The notes: generated from the letters alone by a model not told the origin. A stretch of 64,000 bases of DNA from Cyanophora paradoxa CCMP329 (GCA_004431415.1 QPMI01000535.1:434001-498000); one strand, 5' to 3'. Shown: positions 12,395 to 25,978, numbered from the stretch's first letter. Translations and numbers: made by a program.

Positions 12395-13632
12395 ATGCTC
12401 GTGCTGCGGCCGGACTGCGCCACCTTGGGTCGGGCGCAAGTCGGCAGACCGGCGCAAGTCTGGCGTGCTGCATCGCGAGGCTTCTCCCACGTGTGGCGCG
12501 CTTTTGGATGGAGGCATTCGGCTGATTTCAGGGACGCGCATTGCGCGCCCGTGGAGGTCCGCGAGTGCAGCTGCCCGCAACTACGCGCTTGACCGCCCGC
12601 CGCTGCAGGTCGCACGCGGGGCGCTGCGCGGGCCGCTGGCGCTCTCCTACGCATGCAAACTTCGGACGCTGGCGTCGCGGGCCGGCCAGGGCAAGCAGGT
12701 CTTGAGCGCGGAAGCGGTCATGACCGAGCGCCTGAAGGAGCTCGCGCGGGCGCGGCGGTGCGAGGAGGCCGAGTCGCTCTTCGAAAGTGCCCTCCGGCGC
12801 GAGCCGGGCCTCCCGCGCGTCAACGCGTATCACTGGTCGGCCCTCAGTGCGTTGATGCCCCGCTCTTCTGGCTGGCGCTGCCCGCGCACGGCTCACGCGA
12901 AGCGATCAGTCTCGGGCCTTCTGCGCGGAAACCTCGAGGAGCGTGCGGGGGCCTGGGTCCACCGCATGCTCGAGCTGCACAGGCGCGCCCCGCGCCCGTC
13001 CCCGGCAGTCCTTCGCCGACGGTCCGATGCGAGGCGGGGCGGGCAGGGAAGGCGGGGGCGTGACGCGCGACATGTACTCAGCCGCGCTGGCGACATACCG
13101 CGCCCTCGCCCTCGCAAAGTACCGGCGCGCCGCAAGCGCTTGCGCCCCCGCCCCGCCCCGCCCCTGCGAGCTGAGCCGCCCGCCCGCTCGCTCGCTGGCG
13201 CCTGCAGGGAGTTCGGGGCGGGGGAGCGGTGGGCGGCGGCGGCGGAGGCGCTGCTGGAGGAGGCGGCGGCGCGGGGGCGCGCCGACGGCCACTGCTTCCA
13301 GATCGCAGTGCGTGGTGGGGAGGGGTGGGGCGGGGCGGGGCGGGGAGGGCGGTCGGGCAGGTGTCGGGCCCCGCCTTTCCGGCGCCCAAAGCTGCTTCTC
13401 GCCCCCCTGCAGCTTGCCGTCCCTAGCGGCTCCCCTCTGCCCGCGCTCGGCCGCCGCTGACTCGGCGGCGTACCCGGCCCGCCCCCCGCAGTTCGACCTG
13501 CTGGTCCGGACGGGGCTCGTCGAGCGCGCCGAGGGGGTACTGGAGCGCGCCCGGGGTACCGGCCTCCGCCCCGGGGTCGAGTTCTTCACGGCTGCCGTCA
13601 GGTGCTCCCCCCCGACCCCCTCCCATCCCCCG

Positions 13633-13663
<31 letters not shown>

Positions 13664-16086
13664 TTCTGTCTGGAGGGGCGACGTGGCGTCCTTCTCCCTG
13701 CAGTGCCTGCGCGGAGGCTGCGGACTGGCGGGGCGGCGCCGCGGCGTGGGACATGATGGTGCGCCGGGCGGGGTGCCGGCCTCCCGTGGCGCCCGCCGGC
13801 GGCTGAAGAGGGCTGACGGACTCGACCCAGATTCGATCCCGCGTCCCGCCCGACGTCATCGCCTGGGGTACGCGCGCGCGTGTGCCCCGAAACCGCTCCG
13901 CGTCGATCGAGCGGCCGGCCGGCAGGCTCGTACCTCCGCCTCTGCCTGCGCTGCGTGCCGGAGGCCGGCGCCGCCCTCGCCCCCGAGCTCGCCGCCGCCG
14001 GGCAGCCTGCCGACGCCGCCGGCCTCGCCCGCCTCGTTCAGGTGAGGGGGGGGTACCCCGCGATTTGCGGGCGCGCGGGTGGCCCAACCGGCCCGCGGTT
14101 GCATGGACCGACCGCGCACCAGCGGCGCATGGAGGCGGCGGGCGTACCCTTCAGCACCGTCTGCCACTGCATCGTGGTGAGCGCCGCGCCCCTCCCCGCC
14201 GCGGTTCTCGTACCCCCCGACGGCGCCGACGGCCGCGGCAGCTGGAGCGCCTAGTGGAGTCGGGCGAACTGGCCGGGGCCGAGGCCTGGCTCCGCCAAGC
14301 TCGCCGCTCCGCCGTGCGCCTGTACTCCGCGACCCATGCAACCCCCTTCCCTCCGAATCGCGTACCCAGGCGGCGAAGGGATCGGCGCTCTACTCCCCGT
14401 TCCTGGAGCTCGCTGCGCGGGTGTGCGCGCCTTCGCCCCCGCCCTCCAGGCCGGGGTACCCCCTCTTCACTCGGCGGCCGCAAAACCGCGGGCAGAGCGG
14501 CGACGCGGCGCGGGGGCGCGAGCTCCTGGCGATGATGAGGGAGGACCGCCTCCGGGTCGACCCCCCGCAGCTCAGCCAGCTCGTCCGCGTGCGCGTACCC
14601 CCGCGCCCTTCCCCCCCCCCTCCCCGAGGTCCAAGCCCCGCCAGTGCTTCACCCGCGCACGAGCCTGGGACGAGGTTCTTCCCCCTGCGTCCCCCCCCCC
14701 CCTCTTCCCTTCTCAGCGTGTACCCAGGTGGGGCGCCTGGCTGTGGAGTGCGAGGAGCAGCTCACGCCCCCGCTCCTCAGCGTTCTTTTGGGTCCGGCAT
14801 TGCGTTCTACCCCTCCCCTCTTCGCCCCTCCCCCATTCCCCTCTCCTTTGTCTCTAATCCGGCGGCGCTCAGACGCGTACGGGTTTATGAAGGCGCGTTC
14901 TACCCCTCCTTTCCGCTTCCTCCCCCCTCCTTCCCCTCCTTCCCCTCCTTCCCCCCCTCCCTCCCTCTCCCCCACCGCCTCGATTTGGTACCCACGCCAG
15001 CCGCAGGGCGCGGGCCTGGAGCCCCTCCAGCGGCTCCTCGACCGCCTCCTCCGAGGCGGGCGCGTCCTGTACCCCTCCCTTCCATTCGCGCCCCCTCGCT
15101 AACGCTCACTCACGCACCCTAGGGATACGCTCAAGCTCTTCAACGTCAACGTCGTTTGCAGGTACCCCCCCCTCCCCCCCCCGCGTTGTGCAGCGCGGCC
15201 CGGCCCTCCTGACTCCTCCCTCTTTTTTTCTCCCCTCACCCCCCCTCCCCCTCCCGGACCGACCTAGCGCTGTCGAGGTCTCGAACGTTTCCCCCCCTCT
15301 TTCGCCGTACCCCTAACCCTTTCGCCGAAGGCGCTCGTCCGCTGCGGGACGCGGGGCCGCCGTGGCGTTCCTGTCGGAGCGGGTACCCTCCCTGGGCGTG
15401 CGCGCGTCGCCCAAGGTGGCTTCCCCCCCCCCCCTCCCCACCCCCCTCCATGCCTGACTCGGGCTTGGAATGATGCGGGCAGATGCTGGCGGTGGCTGCG
15501 CACGCGCACGCGGCGGCGCGGGGAGCGTGCTGGCCGGCGTGCGGGCGGCGGCGGCGCTGGCCGGGGGCCCCGGGGCGCCCCCGCCCTCCCGTCGAGCTCG
15601 ACGAGCGCTCCGCCGTGCGCGCCCTCCACCCCCCGCTCGAGCTCCCCCCCCTCCGCCCCTCCCTCCTCCATATCCAGGGCTCGCGCCGCCCCGCCCCGCT
15701 CCGCCCCGCCCCGCCCCTCCCTCTCCTTCCACTCCTCTTGTTCCTCTACCCCCGAGCGCCCGAGCTCAAGCCCCTCGCTGCGGCCGGGCAGGAGGCCGTG
15801 GCGCGTCTGGTCGTTCGGTGGGACGGCGACGAGCTCGAGCGCGCGGGTACCCCCCTTCCCACCCACCCACCCCCCTCCCCCCTTTCAAAATTCGAATTCC
15901 CCTCTATATGCGCGCCGTCGGACTCTAACAATTCGGATTGGATTCGCAGAGGCTGCGCGGGAACTGGCGCCCCTCCTCCCGCGCTCCGCGGCCGGCGCGA
16001 GCGCCGCGGCGGTGAGGGCGCTCGCGGTCGCCGCGGCGCCGGCGCGGTCGAGGCCAGACGGGTCTGCAGCTGGCCCCGCAGGCTAG
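12395..16086 (+). CDS. Pentatricopeptide-repeat (PPR)-like helical repeat protein, likely organelle-targeted
   Basis: Arg-rich presequence-like N-terminus. PPR-like segments include LVRTGLVERAEGVLERARGTGLRPGVEFFTAA, VPPDVIAWG, MEAAGVPFSTVCHCI and GRELLAMMREDRLRVDP. Many short introns. Confidence 0.65.
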
Positions 16087-17242
16087 GCCGAGGCCTAGGC
16101 CCATGTCCGGGGCGCGACCGGTGCCGAACTCGAGACCGTGGCTATAAATAGCTATGTAGAGGGCGCGGACCCGGACGCGGCCCACGGCCGGTCGTGACTC
16201 GTGAGAGGGCCGGGGCCGCGGCCGCCCCGACGTCGACGGTACCTCGGCCTCGATATATACCTATAAAGCTATCGCGAAACTCAGGCAGAATTCGAAGCAT
16301 TCGCAGAACAGAAGCTAGGAACCTAACGTAGCACGTGTACACGAGTCACACGACACGAATCCATTACACTCAATCGGAAATCCCGGGTCCTGTGATCTAG
16401 ATCTAGCGCTAGCTATAGCTAGCTGATATGAAATAAATGCATGAAAAACTGCAGGTCTTTTTGAGTGAAATACACGAAATACAATTGCAAGCAGGCCCTG
16501 AGGGGGCGCTTGAGCTTGCCGAATTTAATTCGCTGCTGGCTCGGTGATGCGAATTGAGAAAGATCTGAACGTTGAAATACTGATATAGCTGCACGCGATA
16601 CCCGCGGAGCACTGGCCTAAAACCTAGCAATAGAGCATGATATCTAGAGTGATCAATATCATGATCCATGGCGATATCGATATCTGGAGCATCGGAGATG
16701 ATCCTCTATAGCTACGTCTACGTATACAAATATTGATCATGCAGCTAGCGCTGATCATGATCGATCATGAGTAGCTAATTCTAAGTTGAGCGACCGATAA
16801 CACTGTGACAAGACGTCGACGGAAGCGATCGATATCGCGATCACATGAATGTCACTCTTGCCTGGGGGCTAAGTATAAGCTTGAGCTCGAGCTGAGCTTA
16901 AGAACAGCTGCAGAATAATGATCAATTCGCAGAGTCTAGTAGCAAGCCTACGGGATCGGAATCGAAAGCAAAAATTGCCTCGGGGGGGCTACAGGGCATC
17001 TCCTACAAGTCATGCTCAAAACATAATATAATACCAAGACGGTGGCACACATAAACAATGTCGACGGTGTCACGTCAATACATATGGCATGCGCACCGGA
17101 CCGCGCGCGGCACACAGAAACGATCGATATCATCGGATCGATCGCGAAAGCTAGATCTAGAAAACTGCAGACTATAGTTAGCTATCGAGAGGGAGTCCGA
17201 AAAGGATCATCGGACCAAAGGAAATTTAATTCAAGATCAAGA

Positions 17243-20200
17243 TCAACTGGAGTCTTCCTCGAGCTCGACGGGGCTCCCCCCAAAGCCGCCCGAGGAGCCC
17301 ATGGCCAGCTGCAGCTCGGGCCCCTCGTCGAAGTTCGGGTACTCGTCGCCGCCGTCCTGCCCTAGGCCCAGGTCTGTCGACGGCGCCGCCGGCGGCGGAT
17401 CGATATCCGGTCGCGGGCTGCGCATCCGGATCAGGGATATCGATATGGCGCCATCAGCGAGAACAGTTGACGGGCTTGAGCTTGGATCAAATTAAAAAGC
17501 TTTATAAATTGCAATGGTTGGATATATATTGGAGGCTTTGTTATTTTTGACTTCGGAGTCGCACCTCGGTCGCGACGCGTCGTGATCGTGATGGCTGGCG
17601 CTGAGCGAGGGCGGGGGTGCGGCCCGGCCCGGGATCGGCTGCCCGGCTGCGGCCGGCGCCGGGGCCTGGGTTGGCGGGGGCGCTCCCAGCTGGGCCTCGG
17701 GATCCGGATCCCCGCTCATGGGGACCCAGGGCCAGCCGGGGCCGCCCCCCAGGAGGGAGGGCACGGGGATCTCGGCGCCCGAGGCTGGCCAGAAGGCGGC
17801 GACGGCGGCGGCGGCGGCGACGGCGGCGGCGAGCGCCGGCTGCTGCTGCTGCTGCGCGACGCCGGCGTGCAGCTGCAGCTGCGCATGCAGCTGCGCGAGG
17901 TGCCACAGGTTGCCGGCCGCGGCCGCCGCCGGCGGGCGGCGCCGGCGTGCGAGGCCGCCCCGGGCGCCGGGGCTTGGGCCGGGCCGGGCGGGGGCCCTGG
18001 CCCTGGCTCTGGAGCCAGGCGGCCACAGGCGAACTCGAGCCGGCCCGCCCGTCCCCGCCGACGTCGACGCGGAGCCGCTCCCGCGCCGCCCGCGGCCGAG
18101 GCGCCCGGCCCGTGCGGCTCGCCGGCCTGCGGCTGCGGCTGCGGCTGCCCGCGCGGCTGCATCTGCCGCAGCCGCTGCGCCCCCGACGCGTCCCGCAGCA
18201 GCTCGGGGACCGTCCCGGGCGCGTACCCCCCCGCCGCCGCCGCCGCCGCCGCCGCCGCCTCCGCCTCCGCCGCCGCCTCTGCCATATGGGCCGAGGAGGC
18301 AGGAGGCGCGCCGGAATTGGAGGCCGAAGTCGGCGCCGAGGCGGCGTGGACGGGGCTCGAATTCGAAGCCGGGGCCGCGGCCGGCCACGTCCGCTGCCCG
18401 AGCCCGAGGGACCCCGCGGGGCCGGCCGCGGCGGGGGCCCCCTGGGCGCCGACGGGGACCTGCGAGCGGCAGTAAAATTAGCACATTATAGAGTCCGACG
18501 TCGAAGTCGAGGGGCCGGGGCGGGGATTTCGAATTCGCTGCAGCCGGCACCTGCTGGGAGCGCAAGTACTGGAGGGGTATGCCCAGGGGGAAAATGACCT
18601 CGTCCTGCATCTGCACCTGCATCTGCGCCGGCACCCCTGCGCCGCCGCCGCCGCCTCCGCCGCCGCCGCCTCCGCCGCGCCTGCCGCCGCCATCGACGGG
18701 GTCCCGCCAGAACGCGTACCCCTGCTGCGCCATGGGCCGGGAGAGAGCGCGAGTGAGCCGTGAGACCGATCGCGAGTGGCGATTGCGATCGATCGCGAAG
18801 CTCAGGCCCCGAGGGGGCGCTCATTCGCATGCGCACCGGTACCGCTAGCGCTGTCGGCGCCCCGCTTGGGCCCGGTACCGGTAAGACCAGGGCGCCGGGG
18901 TACGGCGCGAGTCTGGGGGGGCGCTGGGCGCTGGCGCTCGACCCGGGCTCCCCTTTGATGGCCAAGGGGGCGTACCCCTGGTCACGAGCGCGCGGGCGTG
19001 AGCTCAATATTAATTGCAAGGGGCCCCCGCTCCGAATGAAGGGCGCACCGGAACCTGGCCGCGGCCATGGGCGTGCCGCTCGCGATCGCGATCGGGGTCC
19101 CGCGATATCGGTGCCGATGGCTCCCGGGGGCCCTCCTGGCGGCGCCCGCGGGGCCGGTCGGAGGAGGAGGCGCAGGGGACAGCCTGGGCCTTGCTCGGGG
19201 CGGGGCCGGCGCCGGCCTCGGCCCCCTGCCCCGATCCCGAGGAGGCCGTGCTCGACCGCGCCGAGGCCGCCGGATCCGCCTCGCGACCGCCGCGATCTCG
19301 GGCGCCCTCCGCCGGGGCCGGGGCCGCCCCTCCACCGCGGCCGCCGGCGCCGTCGACGTCCGCGGACCCCTCCGGTCCGTGGCCCCCGCCGCCTCTGTGG
19401 GAGTGCGAGCCCGGAAGCTTGGGCCGATGCCGTCCCCGCCTCTTGCCCCGCCCCGACCGCTCCGATCCCGCCGCCGCCGCCGCCGCCGCCGCCGCTGCCG
19501 TTGTCCCCGGCGCGCCCTCAGCTGACGCTGCCGCCGGCGCCGCCGTCCGCGACGCCCCGTGCTTGTGTTTCCTGGAGCCTCCGTACGAGTGACCGAAGGA
19601 TCCGGATCCGGAGCCTCCGGCGCCGGGCGGAGAATTCGAAGCCGAAGCCGCAAATGCTTCGGCAGCCGCAGCCGCCGGGTGCGCGCCGGAGGCCGAGCCG
19701 GAAGCAGAGGCGGCGTCGGCGGCGATGGCGCGGACGGCGGCGATGAGCATGTCGTCGACCGCCTTGTCGGTGAGGTGCCGCCTGCAGAGCGTGCTGCGAG
19801 CGAGCACGCGGCGGCGCGAGACCGCGTCGGACCCGGAGACCCCGCGACGGGAGAGATGCGCGCGTCACGTGCACGCACTAGTAGTAGCGCTTGACGTCCG
19901 TGTTCGTGCTGCGCGCGGGCCGGGAGATGCATCAGCGACTTGAACGCGAACAGCGATCTGATATGCATATGGCCATGGATAGCTTTCGAAATTCTCCGAT
20001 ATATGAGATCTAATAGGAAGCTTAAGAGCCGTATACGTGCTCGCAATCCCAATATCAATCGCTCACCGTCCAGGAAAGTCCATCGCAATCGTTCTCCACT
20101 GCGCATGCGTCGCGTTCGGCGTCACGTGATCATGAGGAAATTGTACGTATACGTATACATGTGGAAAATCGGGCGGAATTCCAAATAATTCGAGATGGAA

Positions 20201-21144
20201 ATGTGCGAATAGACGAATTAATATATCGGAATTACGTTATCGGTATTTTCGCATGCGCATGCGCACCTCGTTTCCGTAGTGCCTGTGAAGCGTGAGCAGT
20301 CGGATCGTCTCTTCTTCGGTCCACGGCTCTGCGGTCGACGTGTGAGCAGCTGCAGACGGAACAGCAGCCGATCATGATATACACATCCATGGCCAATCTA
20401 TTGAGCATCTGTTGAGCATCTGTAAGCAGACCTTTACTCAATGACGGGTCAAGATAGTTGACCTGCGCGCGCATGCGAAGAAAAAAGTGATCATGAGCGA
20501 GCGAATTCCAAAATAATATTTCTTATAATATTAATACTGGCAGAAGCGGGTAAAGCGCACCCAACGATCGCGGCACTGCTTCGCGTTGCGAGAGGGCACG
20601 AACTGCGCGATCTGCTCCCAGCTCTTGGGGCCGAACTGCTGGATCGCGGCCAGCAGGAGCCTGATCGAAATCGAAATCGATCGCGATCGATATCGCGATT
20701 TTGATCAGGCGCGTTGGAATGAATGGAATTCAAACGAAAACGACGGTAACGGACCTATCCTCGTCCTACGAGAACGAAAGTGCGATTGCGAGCGCGAGAG
20801 TGAGCCCTGCACGGGACACGTCGAGGGGGGCGCGCGCGCACCGGGGTCCAGCTGAACTTGCGGACGGAGCGGGAGTCCTCGATGAGGGAAATGATGGCGG
20901 GGGGCGTCAGCGGCCGCTCGCTGCCGAGTCCTAGGCCCGGGAGGCCGGCGGAGACTGCGGCAGCTGCGGCAGGCGAGGCCCCGCTGGCGCCGGCGCCGCG
21001 GCCGGCGGCCGAGCCGTGGCCAGCGCCCAAGCTTTGGCCGCCCCATACGGACGCGTGGCTGGAGCTCGCGGCCGCGTCGGGAGAGCGGGAGGACGTCGAC
21101 TGGCTGCGCTCGCGCTCGTCGTCGCGCTCGGGATTCATAGCCAT
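17243..21144 (-). CDS. R2R3-MYB transcription factor with long low-complexity C-terminus
   Basis: Spliced: FSWTP|DEDR|LLLAAIQQFGPKSWEQIAQFVPSRNAKQCRDRW|VNYLDPSLSK|EPWTEEETIRLLTLHRHYGNE|WRTIAMDFPGR|TNTDVKRYY|YTLCRR. The 3' end is less certain. Confidence 0.9.
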
Positions 21145-23915
21145 CGCGCACGCGGCGCCGGCGCCGGCGCCGCAGCTCGCTCGAGAAACGGCGGGCAGCT
21201 GCAGTGACCAATCGCGACGGGCGCGAACGCGCAGCTGCAGCTGCAGCTGGTCGCGCGCTGAGTCGAATGTGGACGATCGTGACCTGCCGTGATCGGAGTG
21301 ACCGATTGGAGACGTACGCGTCGAGGCACACGTCGCGATCGGCCCGCGGACGTCAATTTCCATGCGCATACGTATGCGCACGCGTAAGAATATTTTGATG
21401 CGCACGAATTCGAATTCGAAGCGATGCCGGCACAGCAGTAGACCGTACGCGTCGGAGAGAGTGATGCTCGAGGAAGAGCTGGGCAACCTGATCATGATCG
21501 CCATGCGTATGTTCACAGTCAGATGTGGAACAATATTAATGTATATAATTATAAATCGGAGCAGGCAGACGCGCGCGCTATAGCTAGCGTCACTGAGTCG
21601 CGATCGGTCTCTCGGGGATGCGCACCGCAGTTATCCGGATCCAAAACGAGCCATGAACGCGGGCGCTAACGCCGGCGCCGTAGGTGTGCACGCGACAGCT
21701 GCAGCTGGCTGCAGCTGCCGCCGATGGCTCAACTGGCCGAATCCCAATCGCAAAGAGGATGCCATGTGCATGATGCTCGCCGGAAAGCAGAACCGGTTGT
21801 GCAGAATTGCAATTCTGGCCATGAATGCGGTTGCAGTTGCGGTCATATGCATGTTCATGTGCATGCGCAAGATCCCATGGCCAGCTGTGGCTGCTGCGGC
21901 GGCCGCTTGCGAGCGGCGTCTACGTCGCGGTCTGCCCTGGCCATGGGCCTCGCGCGCATGGGCGCCGTTGGCAGATGCAGCTGCAGGCGCCGTGAGGGGC
22001 TGAGTGCACGTGGGTGCTCGACGATTGCGACTCGACCAGAGGCTAAATCAGCCCCTGCAGCTGGCGGAGAGCTTCGGCGTGCACATACAAGTGGCTAATT
22101 CATCTGTGGCGTGAATGTGTCGGAAGGGGGCTTGGTTGTGCGCGGCGGCTGCGCGGGAGACCGTCGCCGCATGTGCTTCTAGATTTGGAACTGTCGCTGC
22201 TACGTATACGATCTGGATCCGCGCGACCGGGCGCAAGGTCCAGAGATGCGCGCGCAACGCCTCAGCTGCTCGAGCTCTTGCCGATCAACATTCCGGGCGG
22301 AATGTTGGCCGCGGCTGTCGGCCGCCGAGAAGTACGTATACAGCTGCAGGCCCAGCGCGTCGACGTCCACGCTCGCTCGCCGGCAGCCGTAGAGCGCGTC
22401 GCGAGGATCAGCGCCAACGACGCCGATGACACGCAGACCGCGCGGCTCGCAATGAGTGCTGCTCCGGTCCCCGCGCTCGGCGCCGGCGAAGCTAAGCTCT
22501 CCGCGCCGCGGCGGACGATGGCGCCTTGCAGACTACGAGCCAACTGTCGAGGCGAGTCGGCGATGCGGCGCATGGACGCGTACGCTCGCCGCGCAGCGGC
22601 CAACGCCGGCCATGCGCTCCGCCCAAAGCGGACATCCGTCTGTGTGCGTCTGCATCCAGTTGGGGTACGACGTTTTGAACGTGACCTCACTTTCGGCTAT
22701 ATCACTAGTACTAGTACTAGTACTGCCGAGTCAGTGCCGACTCGGCGTCGAGTCGGCGATCGAGATCACAGAGCTTTGAATTCGGCAGCGCTAGCTATCT
22801 TCTGTACATGTCCATGTTACTGTAGCTTCGAATTTAAATTTGAACTGGAAATATTCGGAATTTTGCAATTAATGTCAAATTAATAATCAAAAGCTATATA
22901 TGCGCTGTCATATATTGTAATATATTTCTTTTCATGAATGGAAGCCTTTTAGATTTCAGCAACCACATATGTATGGACAGCATGCATATGGCCATGCAGC
23001 TACACATTTTTTAATTCTTAGCGACTCGGCGATATCGATTCGGATCATTCGGCCCGCGGCTTTTCGCGTGAATTCGAACCTGAACGTTAACCGGGTCTGT
23101 TCGAATAAGCCGGGCTCCCCCAGCCTCCCGGGAGCCAAGTACTCAGCTGACTGGCCAGTTGAGCGCGTGAAAATGTCCCGTTACTTTGGGGAAAGCCTTG
23201 AAGGCCTGGGAAAGCGCGCTCCCCCGGTGCGCAGTCTATGCCAGCCATTGCCAGGTATCGATCCATGATATATATGCATGAGATATCGTACGTAGCTATG
23301 TATGCGCGCTATCGCTATAGCTATCATGGTATCACAGTACAGTCTAAAGGATCTCGGAGGCGAGCCTCATGCGACGTCCGACGGTCGCCGGCACCGGCCG
23401 CGCGCGCGACGCGTACGTCGGTGCGACGTCGGCTTCAATTGCAACCGCGCGCGCGCGCATGCGCGCAGCCCCGCGGATCCGAATTATATTCCGGAGCCGG
23501 CGCCGCGGCCGCGGCCGGCGCCGCGCGCGCGCGCCCGCGGCCGCATGCCGCCGGGCCGCCGGCGCAGTGCGCATGCGTAGGGTCATCGCAGGCTCGATTC
23601 CGGTTGCGCTAGCGCGCTCGCGATCGCTAGCGCTGCAGCTGATTCTTCTTTTTCGCTGGACTTCGAATTCTTTTCACAGTACGATCGCGAAGGTGACACG
23701 CCCCGAAATATCTAGCTATAGCTAAAGAAACGAATAAAGAATACTTGCTCTTATAAAATTTTAGTGTATCGCTTGCAATTGTATCTACAACTCGCCGTGC
23801 ACGTGCACGGAACCATTCTTAAAGAACGTTTACGTTGGCCATTCCACCTATTTATATATAGCTATACTGTCCGCTGCAGAGAAAATATACGTATGTATAC
23901 GCACGCAAAGTAGAA

Positions 23916-23992
23916 CTAGACGGCGTCGGATAGGGGGGCGGGGAAGCTTAAGGCGGTGGCGGCGCCCTCGAGCTCTGCCATCCGCACGGGCG

Positions 23993-24023
<31 letters not shown>

Positions 24024-25978
24024 CTGCTGCTGCTTCGAATCGGGGCCGGGGGCGGGGGCGGCGCGGCCGAGGCGGCGCGGGAGCGGCAGGGCGGCCTCGG
24101 CGTCGCGCCAGCCGGCGTCCACGTCGGAGACGTCGAAGGCGGCCTTCGCGGCGTTGAGGCGCGGGACGCGGCGCACGAGCAGCGCCAGCAGCGCGGGGCC
24201 CAGCGCCCACGCCCCGACCACCAGCGCGTTCTCCCATTCCAGCCCCTCCAGCGCCCCGAACATGTGGTGCCGCGCCCCCCGCACCGCGTAGTAGAAGGGC
24301 CAGCCCCGCCCCGAGAGGTACCCCCCCGGCTGGTCCAGCTCTCTGCCCCCGACCCCGCCCCCACGTCGGGCCGGAAGGGGTACACGCGCGCGGGGAAGGG
24401 GCCGGAGGGGGGTACGCACGAGAAGATGCCCCCCGAGGAGGCGAACTGGTAGATGAGGAAAAAGGTGCCAACGATCTTCGGGGTACGCGCGTCGGGAAAC
24501 GGGCGGGGCAGCGGGGGGGTGCGGTGGGGCGAGGGGGGGTACCGTGAAGTTGTCCCAGCCCATGATCTGCGCTAAGAGCGCGTTGAACGAGAGGAAGGCC
24601 CAGGAGCAGTACCAGTTCCAGAAGGCGAGGCGGGCGAACGAGGTGTGGACGGTACCCCCCTGCTCGGCGTAGATCGCGACGAGAAGGGCGGAGGGTACGA
24701 GGAGGACGAGGAGGGAGATCGAGGCCCGCGCGGCCAGGTCCCGCCAGAAGCTTAGGCCCGACTCGGGCGCCGGCGGCGGCGGCGGCGGGCCCTGCTGCGG
24801 CTGCTGCTCGGCCATGTACCCGTCCCCGACCAGAACGAGGCGGGCGGCGGCGGCGGCGGAGGCGGAGGCGGAGGCAGCGCTCGGGGCGATGGCGCGGGCG
24901 GAGGCGGGGCGGGCGGGGGCGGAGGAGGGGGCGGGGAGGCGGCCGGTGTCGGGGAGGCGGTTCATGAGCATGACGACGCCCATGGAGCCGATCCAGAGGA
25001 CCATGTAGGTGACGTACGAGGCGAAGTTTTGCCCGAAGAAGCGCACCGGGTGCAGGTTCGTCCTCGCGTACGCCACCGGCGTCGCGAAGAGCTGCGCGCT
25101 CCGCACCAGCCCCGTCGCGTTCGCCGAGACGAGCTGCTGGATCAGGTTCGTCGCGAGCGCCGCCGCGCCCCGGTCTACAACCCGCGTCACCGAGTCCATC
25201 GTCCTGTGCGCGCGGCGGCGTCGGCTCGGGATCGGCGGGCGGGTCGGCGGGCGCGGGGCGCGGGGGCGGACGTCATGGAGCGGCCCTCGGCGTAGATGAG
25301 CTCGAGTGCGGGCGTGCGGTAGCCGGCGGGCGGGCCGAAGGCGGACAGGAAGTCCTCCGTGAAGGACGCCGGAACGACCAGGGCCGCGAAGAGCTCGCCC
25401 GAGCGCACCCGCCCCAGCGCCTCCTCGCGCCCGCCGCCGCCGGCGCCGCCCTCGCTCCAGCCGAGCCGCTGGCGCACGGCGCTGGCGTCGGAGCGGAAGA
25501 CGCCGGAGAGGACGGCCTGCGGGAGGCCGGCGAGGGCGGCGGCGGCGGCCGGCGGAGCGGGAGGGCGGCGGCGAGGGCGGCGCGGCCGGCGGGGGCGGCG
25601 GCGGCGTCGAGGTCGTAGAGGGCGACGGGGACGGAGTGGAGGTGGCCCTGCACGTCCCACACCGCCGCGAGGTACAGGTACCCGAAGAAGAACGGGAAGA
25701 GCGACACGAAGAAGACGGTCTGCGCATGCGCCGCGTCAGCTTGCGCTTCGGCGGCGCGGCGAGCGGGGACCGCGGGGCCGGGGCGCGCCGCGCACCCGGA
25801 AGAGCTTGCTACAGATGTAGCGCGCGAGGAGTGAGCGCCGCCGCGCCCGCTGGATGGCGAGGACCACGGCGTGCGGCTTGCTCTGCAGCTGATCGGGCGG
25901 CCCGAAGTTCATCGCCAGCCCATCGCCGGACTTGCTCAGGCTGCTTCTGTCGGCTGGAGCTTCGAAGTACGTTTCCAT
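23916..25978 (-). CDS. YhgE/Pip-like (ABC-2/DUF3533-type) multipass membrane protein
   Basis: N-terminal TM (FFFGYLYLAAVWD), then VPVALYDLD, REEALGRVRSGELFAALVVPASFTEDF, NLHPVRFFGQNFASYVTYMVLWIGSM and several C-terminal TMs with PFYYAVRGAR. Confidence 0.75.

Noticed and set aside
19782-19880. In-frame TAG in MYB R3, suggesting a pseudogene or stop readthrough
   Set aside because: It arises only with the wrong acceptor; the upstream CGCAG acceptor gives YYY-TLCRR in frame.
22173-22883. 236-aa ORF and overlapping ORFs
   Set aside because: No recognisable domain or consistent splice pattern; embedded in palindrome-rich intergenic DNA. At most a decayed remnant.
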